63,843 nt of DNA, filler included, from Choristocarpus tenellus KU-1152 (GCA_964200185.2; 11 parts of 11 records of this genome joined end to end with filler, not necessarily neighbours in it); one strand, 5' to 3'; counted from the whole stretch's first letter, positions 13,500-26,543 are shown. Translations and numbers: made by a program. The notes: generated by a model not told the origin, from the sequence alone.

Positions 13500-15190
13500 A
13501 CTATAGCTTCACTCTGACTCTCCTGGTTTCGCATAAGTGGACACATGAGGTGTTGAAGAGGCCGTCAAAACACTGAGCACATTGGCAATTGTTTGTCCCT
13601 GGTGTGGCTGTTCAATACATCATGGCTTATTTTCATGAGATGTATTTATTGATCATTATGAAATGACTTAACCTTGACAAAAGCAAAGATTAAAGTTAAC
13701 TACTAGTAAGCAATGGAGGCTTCTGGTGAGTCACACTTGTTCTTCGTTTTTTGAGTGGCATAATGACCCCTCCTACAAAGTATAATGACCGTGGAGTGAT
13801 TTTGTATCGTATTGGGAGTTGAGTAACCAACATCGTCTGTTCTCGCATTCGCTTGGGATATCGTCGTTGTTGTGACTAGTATTTCCAATCATAGCGTAAT
13901 ATAAGGATGGAGAAGAAGAAGTGTGCATGTATCGTCTATTGACGATATTGTCTCCTGTTTTTATTTTGATCACGTCGTCCTCACGTGCTCGCTTATATTT
14001 TGTGTTTTCACACACGTTGACGTGCTGGTCAAAATAATCGTATAATAACATGCGGTATGGATCGTTAGATCACAAATGGTAGTCAAAGTTGTTGAGACCG
14101 TAAGCATTTACTCCTCGTTCTCCCATTCTTGAGTAACCTCCTCTGTTTTTACAAGATATAAGAGACCTACGTATGCAGGCACAATTTATCGCTTGACTGA
14201 TATTCAGGCTGACCAAATTAGTGAGCCCCATGCTCTCAGACCTTGAGCTTGAGCTTGATGATGTGATGCTGAACACTCTACATTAACCTCACTTGTATAT
14301 TAGTCTGACTAATATGCTGACCCCGTATGTTCAGACCTTGTGAAGGTTGATTGTTATGCTGACCATATATACCATCAACCTCTTGGTTAATTGTATCCTC
14401 ATAAGATATTAATTCATACTATGTTCATATATTACACTTCATATTTTGTAAAATATTGTTGCGATAGCAGTATGCTAACAGGACAGTCACACTTGTTTCC
14501 CATTTTCCTCCTAGAGGTCGCCTTTTGGATGGTCCCGAATCATGTTTACATGGCCTATCATAGAAGGGGGGTTGGTGTGGAAAGAAGGTTTGTCTGTTTT
14601 CATACGGTTATTGCGCTATGCTATACACCGTTATACCGTTTGATATTCTTTCTGACAACTTCGGTTCAATTGTGGAGGGTCTTAGGAAGGTTAGGTTATT
14701 TGACTTTTCGTGACATCTGTTCATCATGATCACATTTCCCATCTCTGAGAGGTTTTATTTTCTGAACCTCATCCGAGCTGTGACCCCCCCCGCTTCCTCT
14801 CCACTCTTGGACTTTTCCAACCTTAACCTCGTCCTCTTGGTTGCGGTTGGACTTGGTCTGTCTGGTCCATCTTACCTCTCGTTATTCTCTTCACTGTCGT
14901 TCCCTGAATTAACTGCATGCCCACAAGAAGAATTAGGATTCACAGTAGTAGATGGGTATGGAGAAGTTATTCAGACTGGGGATGCTTCCCTAGCTCCTCG
15001 CCCAGTGGTGTAGGGCTAAGCTAGGTTGGAGGTATAGGAGAGGTGTACAATAGGTGGTAGTGAACCAGTAAATAGAAAATATCTTTCACATTTACAACCA
15101 CTCACTGTTACTATTACAGGAGTTCGTACGACATTGATCTGGCGTTTCCCCTGATACATCAATAAAATATTTGAACACATACTGTAGTAG
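13500..15190 (+). mobile_element. RTE-like LINE relic reaching its 3' end
   Basis: 13500-14620 aligns inverted with 18750-19780; 14575-14650 matches 36925-37005; 14820-14920 matches 37205-37320 and 43858-43965; 15015-15190 matches the 3' ends at 39445-39630 and 43575-43790. Confidence 0.55.
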
Positions 15191-15399
15191 TATTTATGGA
15201 GGAGGGATAGAATACAAAAAAATAATCTAGTAGTAATAAAGAGTGAAGATCTCCAGTTTTTGATGAGGATTTGATTATTGTTTAGTTTGATGATCAATTA
15301 ATTAAGCCTGGAATTTTCCCAAAGGTAGTACAAAAAGAGAACAGACCAGAAGAGGAAGGTGGTGGGTGTCTCATAATTCAAGATTCACAGTTCCATATC

Positions 15400-15800
15400 C
15401 CACATCGCGCGAATCAACGCGCGAAAGAATCCTCACTATTCCCTGTTACTAAATTGTTCAATCCCTCTATAACATTTGATAGGTGTTGTAAGAGTTGTGG
15501 GTCAAGGCCAGTAGGAGGACGAGGAGTCCCAGGTACTGTGGTACCAATCCAATCTCACCTAATTTGACTTGATCTAGCTGGTGTTTAGCTCTTATCTCAG
15601 TAGATGATTCGTATGCATCAAACCACCTGGTCAGGCCTTTACAGTGGGAAACTAGAGTCACCTTCTCAAACACCCGTTCTTCTCTTCATTTTACATCGCT
15701 CATTGATACCACCGGCGACTACTTTCCTATCCTTGTGCTGTTGGACCTTTTTATGTTGAAAGTATTTGGAAAAGGAGCTTCTATCATGTCCATGGCTGTT
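15400..15800 (-). mobile_element. Copia gag (UBN2-like) remnant
   Basis: KGLTRWFDAYESSTEIRAKHQLDQVKLGE...QYL resembles the Copia gag helix region. Confidence 0.35.
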
Positions 15801-16491
15801 CGTGTGCTATCTCTAGCACTCACTGTGGCGCTGGTTGTGGCAGAGGGGGGGCTGTACTTCATCGTGGATTCCAAGGTAGAATGGGATTATTATCTCAGTT
15901 GAATAGATCGCTTCTACGAGAGGATTTATAAGTCGACCCATCAAGGCTTGTTTTCTTGTTGTCTTTGCAGCTGGGAATCCCTCAAGGGAACATACGAGCG
16001 AGACTGGGTAGTAATTGTGTTCGAGGCATGGCGTAATGGACTTCGTGTTTCGTCGACCAGTTAATATTCTGGTGCTATCTTTTGTCATCAATGGTCATGT
16101 GTACTACTGGTATAGATAGGAACGTTGAGACTTCGTTTCTTCACTGCAATATTTTTTGAAAATAATTCAATGGTGATGCTGACCCCTCTTGTAAGATAAT
16201 TTTGGAGGAATTGAATCGACACACTAGCCTTGCACGCTGACAAATGTTGTTTACAACCTCTGGTTCTCAGTCCAAGGAATATATTTTGACCCTATCATGT
16301 CAGCTACTGGTTTTGATTACAATCGAGGGCAGAATTTCGGGGACTGGGAACCATATGAGGGTGAACCTTGGGTTTATTTTTTTCCAATCCATCGAGGCAT
16401 AGGTGAATGAGTAGCATATCTGATGTAGGACACACTGAACATTCTTGGAACGTCTCGACACCCCCCCTGCCCTGCTGATGATAAATACACT

Positions 16492-16591
16492 NNNNNNNNN
16501 NNNNNNNNNNNNNNNNNNNNNNNNNNNNNNNNNNNTTAATTAATTAANNNNNNNNNNNNNNNNNNNNNNNNNNNNNNNNNNNNNNNNNNNN
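16492..16591. other. Artificial contig spacer N44-TTAATTAATTAA-N44 (also 20654-20753, 26377-26476, 30946-31045, 33929-34028, 38609-38708, 43456-43555, 55825-55924, 58587-58686, 61241-61340)
   Basis: The same 100-bp spacer, with stops in all six frames, occurs 10 times. Confidence 0.97.
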
Positions 16592-17179
16592 GCGTAGTCT
16601 GGATTTAACTACTCCTTTCCTACCATATCCTCCCGCTCCTCTCCCTCCTACCATGTGGCGTATATTATTCCGTATATAGGTTGTCAGTGTTGACACTGTG
16701 CGCGTATTGGTATCACCAGTCGTGTTAAAAACATCTGCAAATATTTGTCGGTACAACTCATCCTCTGCGAAATGTTTTGAAATATTTATCGTATTACTCC
16801 CCCTTCTACCACACGGGTAAAACTGTATGTATGTACCACCCTCCTATCTGTAAAACATGGACAAACGGTTTTTTGGTACAACTAAATAGGTTTGAATCAC
16901 TCCGAAATGATTTGCTGTTGGTAGTACAAGTTGTGCAAATCACGATGCGTTGATTCGTCAACGTCTCCTTGTGTTCTCGGAAGATTGTCCCACTCCACTC
17001 TTGGAAAAATTAATGAGTACAAGGGATTGGGATCCACAAGTGAGAGAGTTAACTTCCAGAGGTTTGATTCTTGAGGATGTACCCCAATGTGCATAATTCA
17101 GATTTATGATAGGAATGAAAATTGATTTGTTGGAAATTGGTCGTACACGACAAATTGGATTTGATTTGTACATGTGAAC

Positions 17180-17610
17180 ATGTCAGGATTCGTGAACTCG
17201 GATCACGGAACTTGCCCAGGAGTAGATGACTACTGTCAGGGGGGGCAGATTTCTGGACCTGCTATCAGCTGGTTCTCATGAACCCAGGAGGTGGCAGTTG
17301 CAGCCACTTCAGAGTCAGAGTACGTTGCTCTGGTGGAGGATTTAATTAAAGTCCTATTCCTGAGCCAGGTACAACACTGTTCATTGTGTAAAGTCTGATG
17401 GACTACTCCATCCCCGTTATGAAGAACAATCAAGGGGCAATCAAACTGGCGAACAACCCCTGAAGCAGTAAGAGGAGAGGCACATTGACGTCAAGCATCA
17501 CTTCATTCCTGATGCAATCCAGCAATGCAAGGTCCGCCACCCACATAACGACTGAGCACTATCATGTTGATGTACTCACCAAGCTGTGGGACTTGAAGTA
17601 ATTTGGTAGA
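17180..17610 (+). mobile_element. Ty1/Copia RNase H remnant
   Basis: GFVNSDH...AISWFS*TQEVAVAATSESEYVAL...NNQGAIKLANNP...RHIDVKHHFI...VDVLTK; contains stops and frameshifts. Confidence 0.9.
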
Positions 17611-18749
17611 CATATTATTGTGTTAATGATTGTTGAACAAAGAACCGTTTGATTTTCGGAATAAGAGTTGTGTGAACGGCTATCTGACTTTGGTGTAACT
17701 AGAATCTATGGGGAAGATTTTTTCGAACCAATGATAAGAGTATGTATTCGGTCGGGATTGTCAATGTTCTTTGGAGTAACAAAAATTCTTGAGAGGATTT
17801 ATTGAGTAACCTCTTGTCTAGTTGGTGAGGGTGCTTGTGTTGAGTTATGCTCTACAGACTTATCAGGGCATTTAGTGTAGTACAGCATGTTATGCGGCAA
17901 AAGAAACCGAATCATTTTATCCAGAAAGGAACTTTTTTCGATCTCCAAAAATGTTCACTGTGTATAGAGTTCGAAGCTGAAAAATCTGAATTTGCGAATG
18001 GTTCTAGACATCTGCCGTTTAGGGTTGTTCTAGACATACAGATGGACGAGAAGGAGCCCCACCTGCCCACTCAACCTGGTCTGGAGGTTTACTTGTAGGG
18101 ATTGCTGTGGGTGTAGTTTGGCAGTAAGGATTGATTGAATTCATAATAGTAGAAGACAGAAAAAGATCTTGAACTTCTGGGGCACGCCTGAGACTCAACA
18201 GTCACAAGAGGAACCTGTGTGAGCCAACAACGGCCTATTTTGAACATTGTTGGTATCGGTTTGCATGATGGAAAAGTGTTACAGGCGAATAGCGCGAGAA
18301 TTTCTTTCCGCGTGCCAACATGCGTGAACAGTATATGTGTGTAAGAATTCATACAAGAGGAACGTTGAATTGATTAGAGATGCGGAGTAAGATTTGAAAT
18401 GCATACGTAGCCTCACAGAATACTCGTTAATCCCTGGGAGATGCAGAAAAGTTTTGTAATTTGAGTACGTAGACAACAGCTTGCAGATGTCTTTTGACTT
18501 ATAGTCTGAACAAATCGGGTGGGTGATGATAATATATGATGACCCAGGCTTTTATATATTAGGAAAGATCTGTCGCGAAAGATAATTAGTATACACATAT
18601 TATGGTGATACATGCTGAAATTTCTTAACATATTAATGGGGGTGATCCCGACCCGTGGACAGAGGAACTACACACTGGAATATATCAGTACTTCTGATTA
18701 ACTCTTTCATGTCGATTATTTGTGGTGTCTCCATTCCTGCCATGCTTTC

Positions 18750-19780
18750 TCGTATAATAACAGAAAACCTGCTTTCCACTTTACCCCCCCTTCTGATCGG
18801 CCTTGAAGCCATATAAACATGATTCAAGGTCAACCAAAAAGTGAGCTCTGGGAGAAAAATGGGAAACATGTGTGACTGTTAGTATACTTCTACAACATTA
18901 TATTACACGACTCCATTAATACAACATGAATATCTGATCAGGATATCATCAGCCTAAGGTTGACGATATGTGGTCATCATACTAATCAAGCTTTAATAGG
19001 TCTGAGAGTATGGGATCAGCATATCAGTCAGCCTAAATATCAGTGAGGTTGATGAATGTGGACAGTATCGCATCAAGCTCATGGTCAAGGTTTGAGTACA
19101 TTGGATCAGAAATGCAGTCAGCCTGAATACGAGGAGAGAGGTATATGGGCCCAGCATATAGGTCTCTTTTATCTTGTTGCACAAACAGAGGGTGCTCAGA
19201 ATGGGGATACGAGGAGCAAGCGCCATATGATGTCAATGAACTGTTTGACAAGCGTTTGTGATCTGACGTTGCTACATGAGCATGATATGATGATTTTGAT
19301 GAACACTCCAATGCATGAAGACATACGTACACAATCAAAATCAACACAGCAGACAACAAGTTCAAAATACACAATGTGTCCACACACTCTCCTTCCTCAA
19401 TTCTGATAACGATTGGAATATTGCTCACAACGACTACAATGTTCCAAGTAGACAACATGGACGTACAATGTTGGTGACTCAACTCTCCTACGAGGTGCCC
19501 ATGCGGTCATTACATCATGTCAGGGGGATCATGCCACTCGAAAAACAAAGAACAAGTGTGACTCACCTGAAGTCTCCATGGCTTACTTAGTGGTAGACTT
19601 AATATTTTTGGATCGGGTGAGTCATTTCATGAAGATCAATAAATTCATTTCATGAAAACGACACATGACGTAATGAACAGGCACCTCTAGCGCACACAGG
19701 TGCTATTTTGCCCCGTGATACGATCTCTTTCATCACTTCATGATGTGTCCACTCGGGTAAACAAGGAGAGTACAGAGATA
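18750..19780 (-). mobile_element. RTE-like LINE RT relic (second copy of 13500-14620)
   Basis: About 1 kb of collinear inverted similarity. Minus-strand FIDL, IEEGECVDTLCILNLLSAVL (like RQGCVLAPLLFNIFFAAV) and LYAG (like LYADD) occur in order. Confidence 0.5.
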
Positions 19781-20099
19781 AAATTAATTGTATTATGATT
19801 TTATCTAAATGCTACCAACATAAATGTATAGTCGATTTGCAAGGATCGATAAACCTGGTAAATATGAAGATGTGAAGTCAGAGGTGGTCATGAACAGGTT
19901 AACTGATATTTATTACCTACTATCTAATCTCTTCACAAAACGCTAGACTATACCCATCTATAAAAAAATGATACACAAACGATTTGTATCAACTAGATGG
20001 TCAACCTATGTTAAGGATTATGATATGTGGGTAACACAAGATCCGGGCCAAGACACACAAGTCATGAACAACAACAACAAAAAATATGGAGAGGATATG

Positions 20100-20560
20100 T
20101 ACAACACACTATTATGGCAATGCATGATATATACAGATTATGCAAAGGAATATGGTAGCAGTAAATACGAATTCTCAAGTCTACAATGTGCAGGACGAGA
20201 ATGTTACTGGTTATCCAATCCATTTTCTGAACGATAGGCTGCAACCATTTCGCAGCATAGTGAGATCTGTTCTGCTCTTTTGTGAAGATCATGAGGGGGT
20301 CCATAGGCGCAAAGATGAAGGCAATATATAACACTTGTGGGCGAATGATGGCCGGGACAGGTCTATTTCCAATGATGCTATGAATGATGCACTGGCCAAC
20401 AGCGGGTTGAGAGACTCGATGGTCTATGTCTGGCAACGGTAACGGTTTTCCCCGAAACAATAAGGCTAGTTAATTCAAGTCTGGTGTGGGAGGTTGGAAT
20501 TGATGGTAGAAACGTTTCATTCTACCTAGAGCAGAAAATGGATGTGGGGTTCCAGGTAAT
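20100..20560 (+). mobile_element. RTE-like LINE C-terminal remnant
   Basis: FRSIVRSVLLFCED resembles YxxxVxSxLLYGCE. Confidence 0.3.
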
Positions 20561-20753
20561 ACTACCCTGTACATGACGGGTGATACCTTAGAATGTACTT
20601 CGTACGGACCCCTCCCAGGGTGAAGTAACTTCGGATTCGGACCATCAGTACTCNNNNNNNNNNNNNNNNNNNNNNNNNNNNNNNNNNNNNNNNNNNNTTA
20701 ATTAATTAANNNNNNNNNNNNNNNNNNNNNNNNNNNNNNNNNNNNNNNNNNNN

Positions 20754-20911
20754 GGGGAGTCTACACCAGGGCGTCCATTTAGACTAAATCAGGAAAAGTG
20801 CAAATACATTATCCATCCGACATATGCAACCAAATCACCCAAACATCGCGACATGGAAAAATTGACCCCAAATGGACAGCCGCCACCCCCCCCCCCAAGT
20901 TACTTTGAGCC
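20754..20911. mobile_element. MITE family A, cut by the contig start
   Basis: CTACACCAGGGCGTCCATTT...C-run-AAGTTACTTTGAGCC. Confidence 0.85.
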
Positions 20912-21899
20912 TTTCTTCATGGGTCATACATCACTCAACAATTTTATATGCTGATCTACGTTACCTCCTATCTAAGCTTTCCCACTCCAAAGTCAGACTC
21001 TGCCTGTTGTCATAAACAATTGATGAAATACACTAAGTTATCTGTTAGCTCGGTTGTACTGTTGCCATTTGGATAGGGTTAGGGTTAGGTCTACCTTCGT
21101 GGTCGAGGTAGCAGCAAGGGGACAATAATAGTTCCACTTTCTCAGGCTTTCATTTGAAAAGGTACATAGAGGACTTGACTTAGACTGAATATGGTGAAAT
21201 GTAAGTTGAAAAAATAATCTGTCCACGACTTACACATCTAAGTTAGGATTAGGGTAAGGATTAGGGTTAGGAGCACCAGTTGTGTTGGTCACCATGTCCG
21301 TCCTCCTTTCAGTGATACCTTCAACACTTATCGATTGAGGAGCACACCACACATATTATCATAGTGTGATATTATTATTAGTGTTTTCCCAAGGATAAAT
21401 ATGTGTTATTTACGTTTTTGCTCTCTCGTCAGGTATTGTCCTCTATCTCTCCCCCTTCCCACTCCCGCACCAAGATATCCATCCTTGTATCAATGGTATG
21501 TCTTATCATGTACATTATTGTATATTGTTTATTCTTATCTTCAAACTATTGTTACACGTATCACAGAAATAACGAGTATTGCTCAAGACAAGTATGACTC
21601 AAGTCAGAGGTATGACTCGTTTTCGAGTCTACCCCATTACCTTTTCTTTCTTGGAGGAACGGTATAATTGGAGATGGAGATGAACAGGGCAGCGAAATTC
21701 TAATTAGCCATTGAGAAACGCGACATAAACAATAAGGACGAACTCAATGCGAAAATATGTTGCCACATAGACCTCTGCAGTATTGGAGATCAAGAAAACT
21801 CTTAAAAAATACATATACATTGTTGTGTAGACAGGTGTGTTGATCTGATCAACCCCTACCTGAGAGAATTTGCGAACTCTTCCTATGTTCTTTTTACCA

Positions 21900-22091
21900 T
21901 TGTAAAGCCAGGATGCATCGATTTTGATTGGTAGGTCATTGCGAAGCCAGGATGCATCAATTTTGATTGGTAGGTCATTGTGAATCCAGGATACATCGAT
22001 TTTAATTGGTAGGTCATTGCGAAGCCAGGATGCATCAATTTTGATTGGTAGGTCATTGTGAATCCAGGATACATCGATTTTAATTGGTAGG
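21900..22091. repeat. 39-bp minisatellite, about 4.9 units, alternating A/B variants (78-bp higher-order period)
   Basis: Unit TTG(C/T)GAA(G/T)CCAGGAT(G/A)CATC(G/A)ATTTT(G/A)ATTGGTAGGTCA; period 39 confirmed (GCCA at 21907 and 21946). Confidence 0.95.
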
Positions 22092-22315
22092 CCCTGCATG
22101 TTCAATAATAATGAGACTATATTTATTGCTCAATGTGAATATCTTAATTAGCTACTGCCATCTAACCTTGATGGCAATGTTGAATACATGGTAAACTTGT
22201 CTATTTCTTTGACAGGATGACTCAGTCTAAGGTTGGCAAACTTCAACCTTTCATCAAAACACCATAATCTCACTTCCTTCATACACATGACACCTTGCAC
22301 GGCATCATATCATAC

Positions 22316-24762
22316 CTACTTCATCATCTCTACAAACTTATCAAAATTAATAATGCCATCACCATTCGAGTCGATGTCTTGCCAGATCATTTGTGCACGT
22401 TCTTGTGTTCCAACCACCTTGCCGATCAACCAGAGGTTGAAGTGGGAGGGGGGGGATAATTGCTGCCATCAGATGGAGTGAAGCGACGTGTTTTTCATGT
22501 AGCTAAAATTATATTTCATTTCTGACAGGATACAGTGAAGTCAATTCTCATTCTTCTATGATGAAATATGAATTGGTATGCATGCATGGATGTTGAGCAT
22601 GTTCATGATAGAGAAAATATGAGCATGCACAAGTTTACAAGTCTACCACCACACACATAGCCCATTGATACGGCATGTCTTGCCACTATTTCAGTACAAT
22701 AGAAGAAATAGTGGCAACGAATCAAAGGTGGGCGTGAGTACCTTTGCTGAATCCTGGAGAGTTCATTGTGTGCAACAACTAAGAAATGCATAGTGCTCAG
22801 GAACTGTATTACATCAAAGTCACGGGTGTTCCCTGTACATTCCAATAGAATAGATTAGGATGAAGTGTGGTCGTAAAATGTGTGAGAGCGTGAGATGAGT
22901 GCTGTCTTATGGTCGCAAATAGTAACAAGTTGGACTAAATATGTGTACAAAGTACACAAGGTTTGGACTATTAATTGGTGAGTGCTTGGACAGTCGATGC
23001 AAAGAGTAGACAATTTTGGTATTCCTATCCAGATTGACCACCGGACTCCTCATATATATGGAAATTACTCGTTAGTCAAATCTTGCATGAGGAGATATTG
23101 GTGGATTATGTCTATAGGGTGAAGATTTGTATGAATCATACCTATCGTTCATTTAACAGAGTTCCCAAATTGATGGAAGCGTGTTGGGAAGATGCAGGTA
23201 TTGAAGACAACAAACACACACTTCAAAACACCTTCTCTATAACGATATCTGGAGTACTAAATGCCTACTGTTTTTCTACGTACTTCCAACGCTTGACAGG
23301 TCGCGAGATTACTCATTCTGCAAAGGGGATGGAGGATGTAGGACGAGTTTATTCACTCTTATTCCCACCCTCTCTTAGGGAGTGACAGTTCTTTTTTCCT
23401 GATCGAGTCATTGCTCAACAACAATATTATATAGTGATCATGGTGGTTACAAGAAGAGTGAGTGGGTGCGCTTACTTCATGCTTGCATCCTACCCTTTCC
23501 TTGGCAGGAGAGCTGTAGTTCTCCCCTACTTACACATTGGGTGAAGCATTGATTCATGTGTGGAATGTCGGATTTCTGGAGCGTAATTCCCGTGTAAAAC
23601 TATCTACTTCTAAATTCCAAAAATTACGTCAGAAAATGATTCAGTCAAAAACCCTACAACAACCCATGTGATGATGAAGACCAAGATGTGGTCATTGAGG
23701 GCTTGTGGTTTCAAGTGCATGCACTACTATAGCTTTTTTTCCATAGTTACTGTGTGAGTCAGGTGGGTCAAGAAGGTATGGTCAATGTTATTGACCACTA
23801 ACCAACAAAGGTTGATTTCTTGTTTTTAGGCCCCAGTGAGGGTACCCAGCTATCCATCCATCCACCCATCTATCCATCTATTCACGACTCACCACTTCAA
23901 ACACCAATCCATCTGTAGCTATCTTCATCACACATCAAACAAAACACCTCCCCATGTATCAATCCGCTCATTTCCCCACCTCAAAAAGCTCACTCATCAC
24001 ATCAATTCATCAATCCACTAACCCTAACCCTAAGTATCTAAGTAACATTACATAAATTGAGTTAATGCGCAATAGTCAACTCATCAAACAGTCAATCCGT
24101 CCGTTTGTCAGTCCGTCCAGGCGGAAAATTTTCCCCTTCTTACAGCTGTCCATCCCCTCACGAGATAATACTCTTACAACATGCTTGAAGGAAAATGCCC
24201 CCTAACTGGTGAGGTGCCCGCTGGAGTTCGGAAAATCTACAAGGTTCTCTTACTCTTGTTCCCTGCAAAAGTGTCACCTCTTTAAAAAGGATATTAAAGC
24301 TAAGCTATTTACTAACCCTAACCTTAACCCTCGTCAAGCACCTAACCCTAACCCTAACCTTAACCCTAACCCTAACCCTAACCCTATAATAGATTGCACA
24401 CACTTGCAAGAAAAAAGCTAGGTACATATTGATTGAACCAGAAGCCCAAACATTTAACAAATACTATGAAAGAGGAAGTTGCAGAGATGTACCCAATTTT
24501 CACCAACCCTGATTCATTATTTTACCGATCTTCCCAATCTGGAGACTTCCGACCTGTGTTGCTACATTTTTTGGATTGTGAGGTAGGACTGAGACCCTAA
24601 CCCTAACTGAGATTCAAGAAAGGCGTATTGTCAATCAGTACATTCAAAATCGAGCGAGAAAAGAGCTCACCTGCATGACGTTGTCAAATGTGATGTGCCC
24701 CTTCCCCTCAATATCAAATGTCTGAAGGCTTTGCGGAGATATTTCTCACGCATGAAAACCAC
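22316..24762 (-). pseudogene. 3' end of a CDPK/calmodulin-like EF-hand gene (last two exons), probably inactivated
   Basis: Exons 24762-24671 and 22417-22316 with AG/GT sites splice to VVFMREKYLRKAFRH[F]DIEGKGHITFDNVMQ|VVGTQERAQMIWQDIDSNGDGIINFDKFVEMMK*. The first exon is 92 nt, not 93 (1-nt deletion near 24717), and the last EF loop has K at the conserved E12. Confidence 0.7.
24311..24385. repeat. Interstitial telomere-like (CCCTAA)n tract; shorter tracts at ~21075, 21241-21272, 24019-24033, 24594-24607, 25791-25805 and a degenerate one at 43335
   Basis: Direct reading of CCCTAA/CCTTAA units. Confidence 0.85.
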
Positions 24763-25289
24763 CTGCTTGGTGTTTCAACCAAAGAGATGGTGAGTGATAC
24801 TTGTAATGTGCAAATAGACCAAGGGCCTCTTGAAAACCATGATACTGCAACTGCAATGACTAAGGACACATTTCTATTAGTGATGAAGTACAGCCAGTAT
24901 GTCAAGAAGGTATGACCGAAATGTGAGAGGAATCATTGTAAGTCAATGAAATAATAGAGTATCAGGGTAAGAAAATACTGACTGTTGCAAATTGTCTGCC
25001 AGTAATGGCTAATAATAAAATTAAGACTTGAACATGTTGTCTCCCACAGGTTCTCAGTTGTCCTACGTCTGCAGGTTAGAGTTGGGGGATATTATCTTAA
25101 TCCTTGCTGCTAACCAAAATTAACATTTCTTAGGGGCATAGGCTCGCTAAGATTTACTATTATCCATAGGTGCAACGGAGTCCTGAATGCAGACATCCCT
25201 TTGCGTGACTAGGGATAGGCTAAAACCACATAACATCATCGAGAGTGTCCTCAGGCTGTGTAGTAATAGGGGAAAGAATCCAGACAATT

Positions 25290-25551
25290 GAGTGAAAGTA
25301 TCTTAGAGGGTACGAGTTTTGCCCTGTTTGTCCCTTTGGTGCTTGGCTTCCCATGGTTTCTTTTATGACCTTTTCCTACTCCAAAATGTTTAGGAGTAGG
25401 CAAAATGTATACGTAATGGAAAGGTGTGTCTGGAGCAAGAATAGTGACACTCACTAACAAACATGATAGCCAAAATTATATCAAATCACAACATTGGATT
25501 TTGACCCCCAAATGGACACTGCTCTACCCTCTAAATAAGATAATTTGGCTC
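25290..25551. mobile_element. MITE family B, full copy, reverse orientation
   Basis: GAGTGAAAGTATCTTAGAGGGTACGAG...AGATAATTTGGCTC, flanked by ATT/ATT (3-bp TSD). Confidence 0.85.
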
Positions 25552-26317
25552 ATTATCTTGTATTCTCTTACAGATATGCTGAATGCTTGCCCTGTCCAGC
25601 AAGTACACCAGTAATTCAGTTATAGACATTAGCATTCATCATCTAATAAAGTCATCATATCCTGTAATTACCTGATCGTTTTACCTCTAAGTACTGGGTC
25701 TCATAAGTCAGTTGTTGGGAACAGGAAGGCACAGGTCTCAACCTCGTCTTCACTAGAGTGCCTTCTTTTTATGGAAATGTTGTTTTCATTACCCTAACCC
25801 TAACCATGAGGCGAGTAAAACAGACTGTAAACCTAACTTATCCTGTATACCATTGAATCGTGGTGCAGGGCTTCACTATGGCTAGTCTAGGTAGGACTGC
25901 ACGAGATTTGAGGGAGGAGGTGGAGCAGCAAGTGCTGGGAAGGCTGAATCCTAACACGAAACAATCCTCAAGGCATACACAGGACAGTGCAACTAGCCGC
26001 AGTATTAGAGATAGTTTGTATTAACCTAGGTAATGAGAATATTGCAGTGTTCAGCGCCTCTGAACACAGGTCGGTGCTAGGTCATGTCAAGCCTGGTTTC
26101 TAGTCTCAGACTAAAGCAAAAGATTGCAAACAAAAATGTACTTGCTAAATTCTCCATCTGAAATGGTATCTTGATCGCATTTAATCATTAGTTCATCTAA
26201 AATATCACTCCTCTTGGTTGAGAGGAGATGGGGCGGCCACAGATCGTGCAAGAATGAACAAATCCGTTGAGAGAAGGCGATTGAATAGTGAGAACTTATT
26301 CATAAAAAGGCAAAATG

Positions 26318-26376
26318 GTCGAAGTATCTGGGGGGGGGGGGGGGGACGGCTGTCCATTTGGGGCCAATTTTTTCAT
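26318..26376. mobile_element. MITE family A, left end cut by contig end
   Basis: GGTCGAAGTATCT-G-run-ACGGCTGTCCATTTGGGG. Confidence 0.8.
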
Positions 26377-26476
26377 NNNNNNNNNNNNNNNNNNNNNNNN
26401 NNNNNNNNNNNNNNNNNNNNTTAATTAATTAANNNNNNNNNNNNNNNNNNNNNNNNNNNNNNNNNNNNNNNNNNNN

Positions 26477-26543
26477 CCATGGGAAGCCAAGCCCCAAATG
26501 GACAAACAGGGAAAAATTCGTACCCTCTAAGATACTTTCACTC
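26477..26543. mobile_element. MITE family B, right end at contig start
   Basis: CCCCAAATGGACAAACAGGG...CGTACCCTCTAAGATACTTTCACTC. Confidence 0.8.

Noticed and set aside
16536-16547. Recurrent TTAATTAATTAA palindrome as a biological motif
   Set aside because: Always centred in N44 blocks; it is an assembly linker.
21900-22091. CRISPR-like array
   Set aside because: Units are directly adjacent with no unique spacers, there are no cas genes, and the context is eukaryotic.
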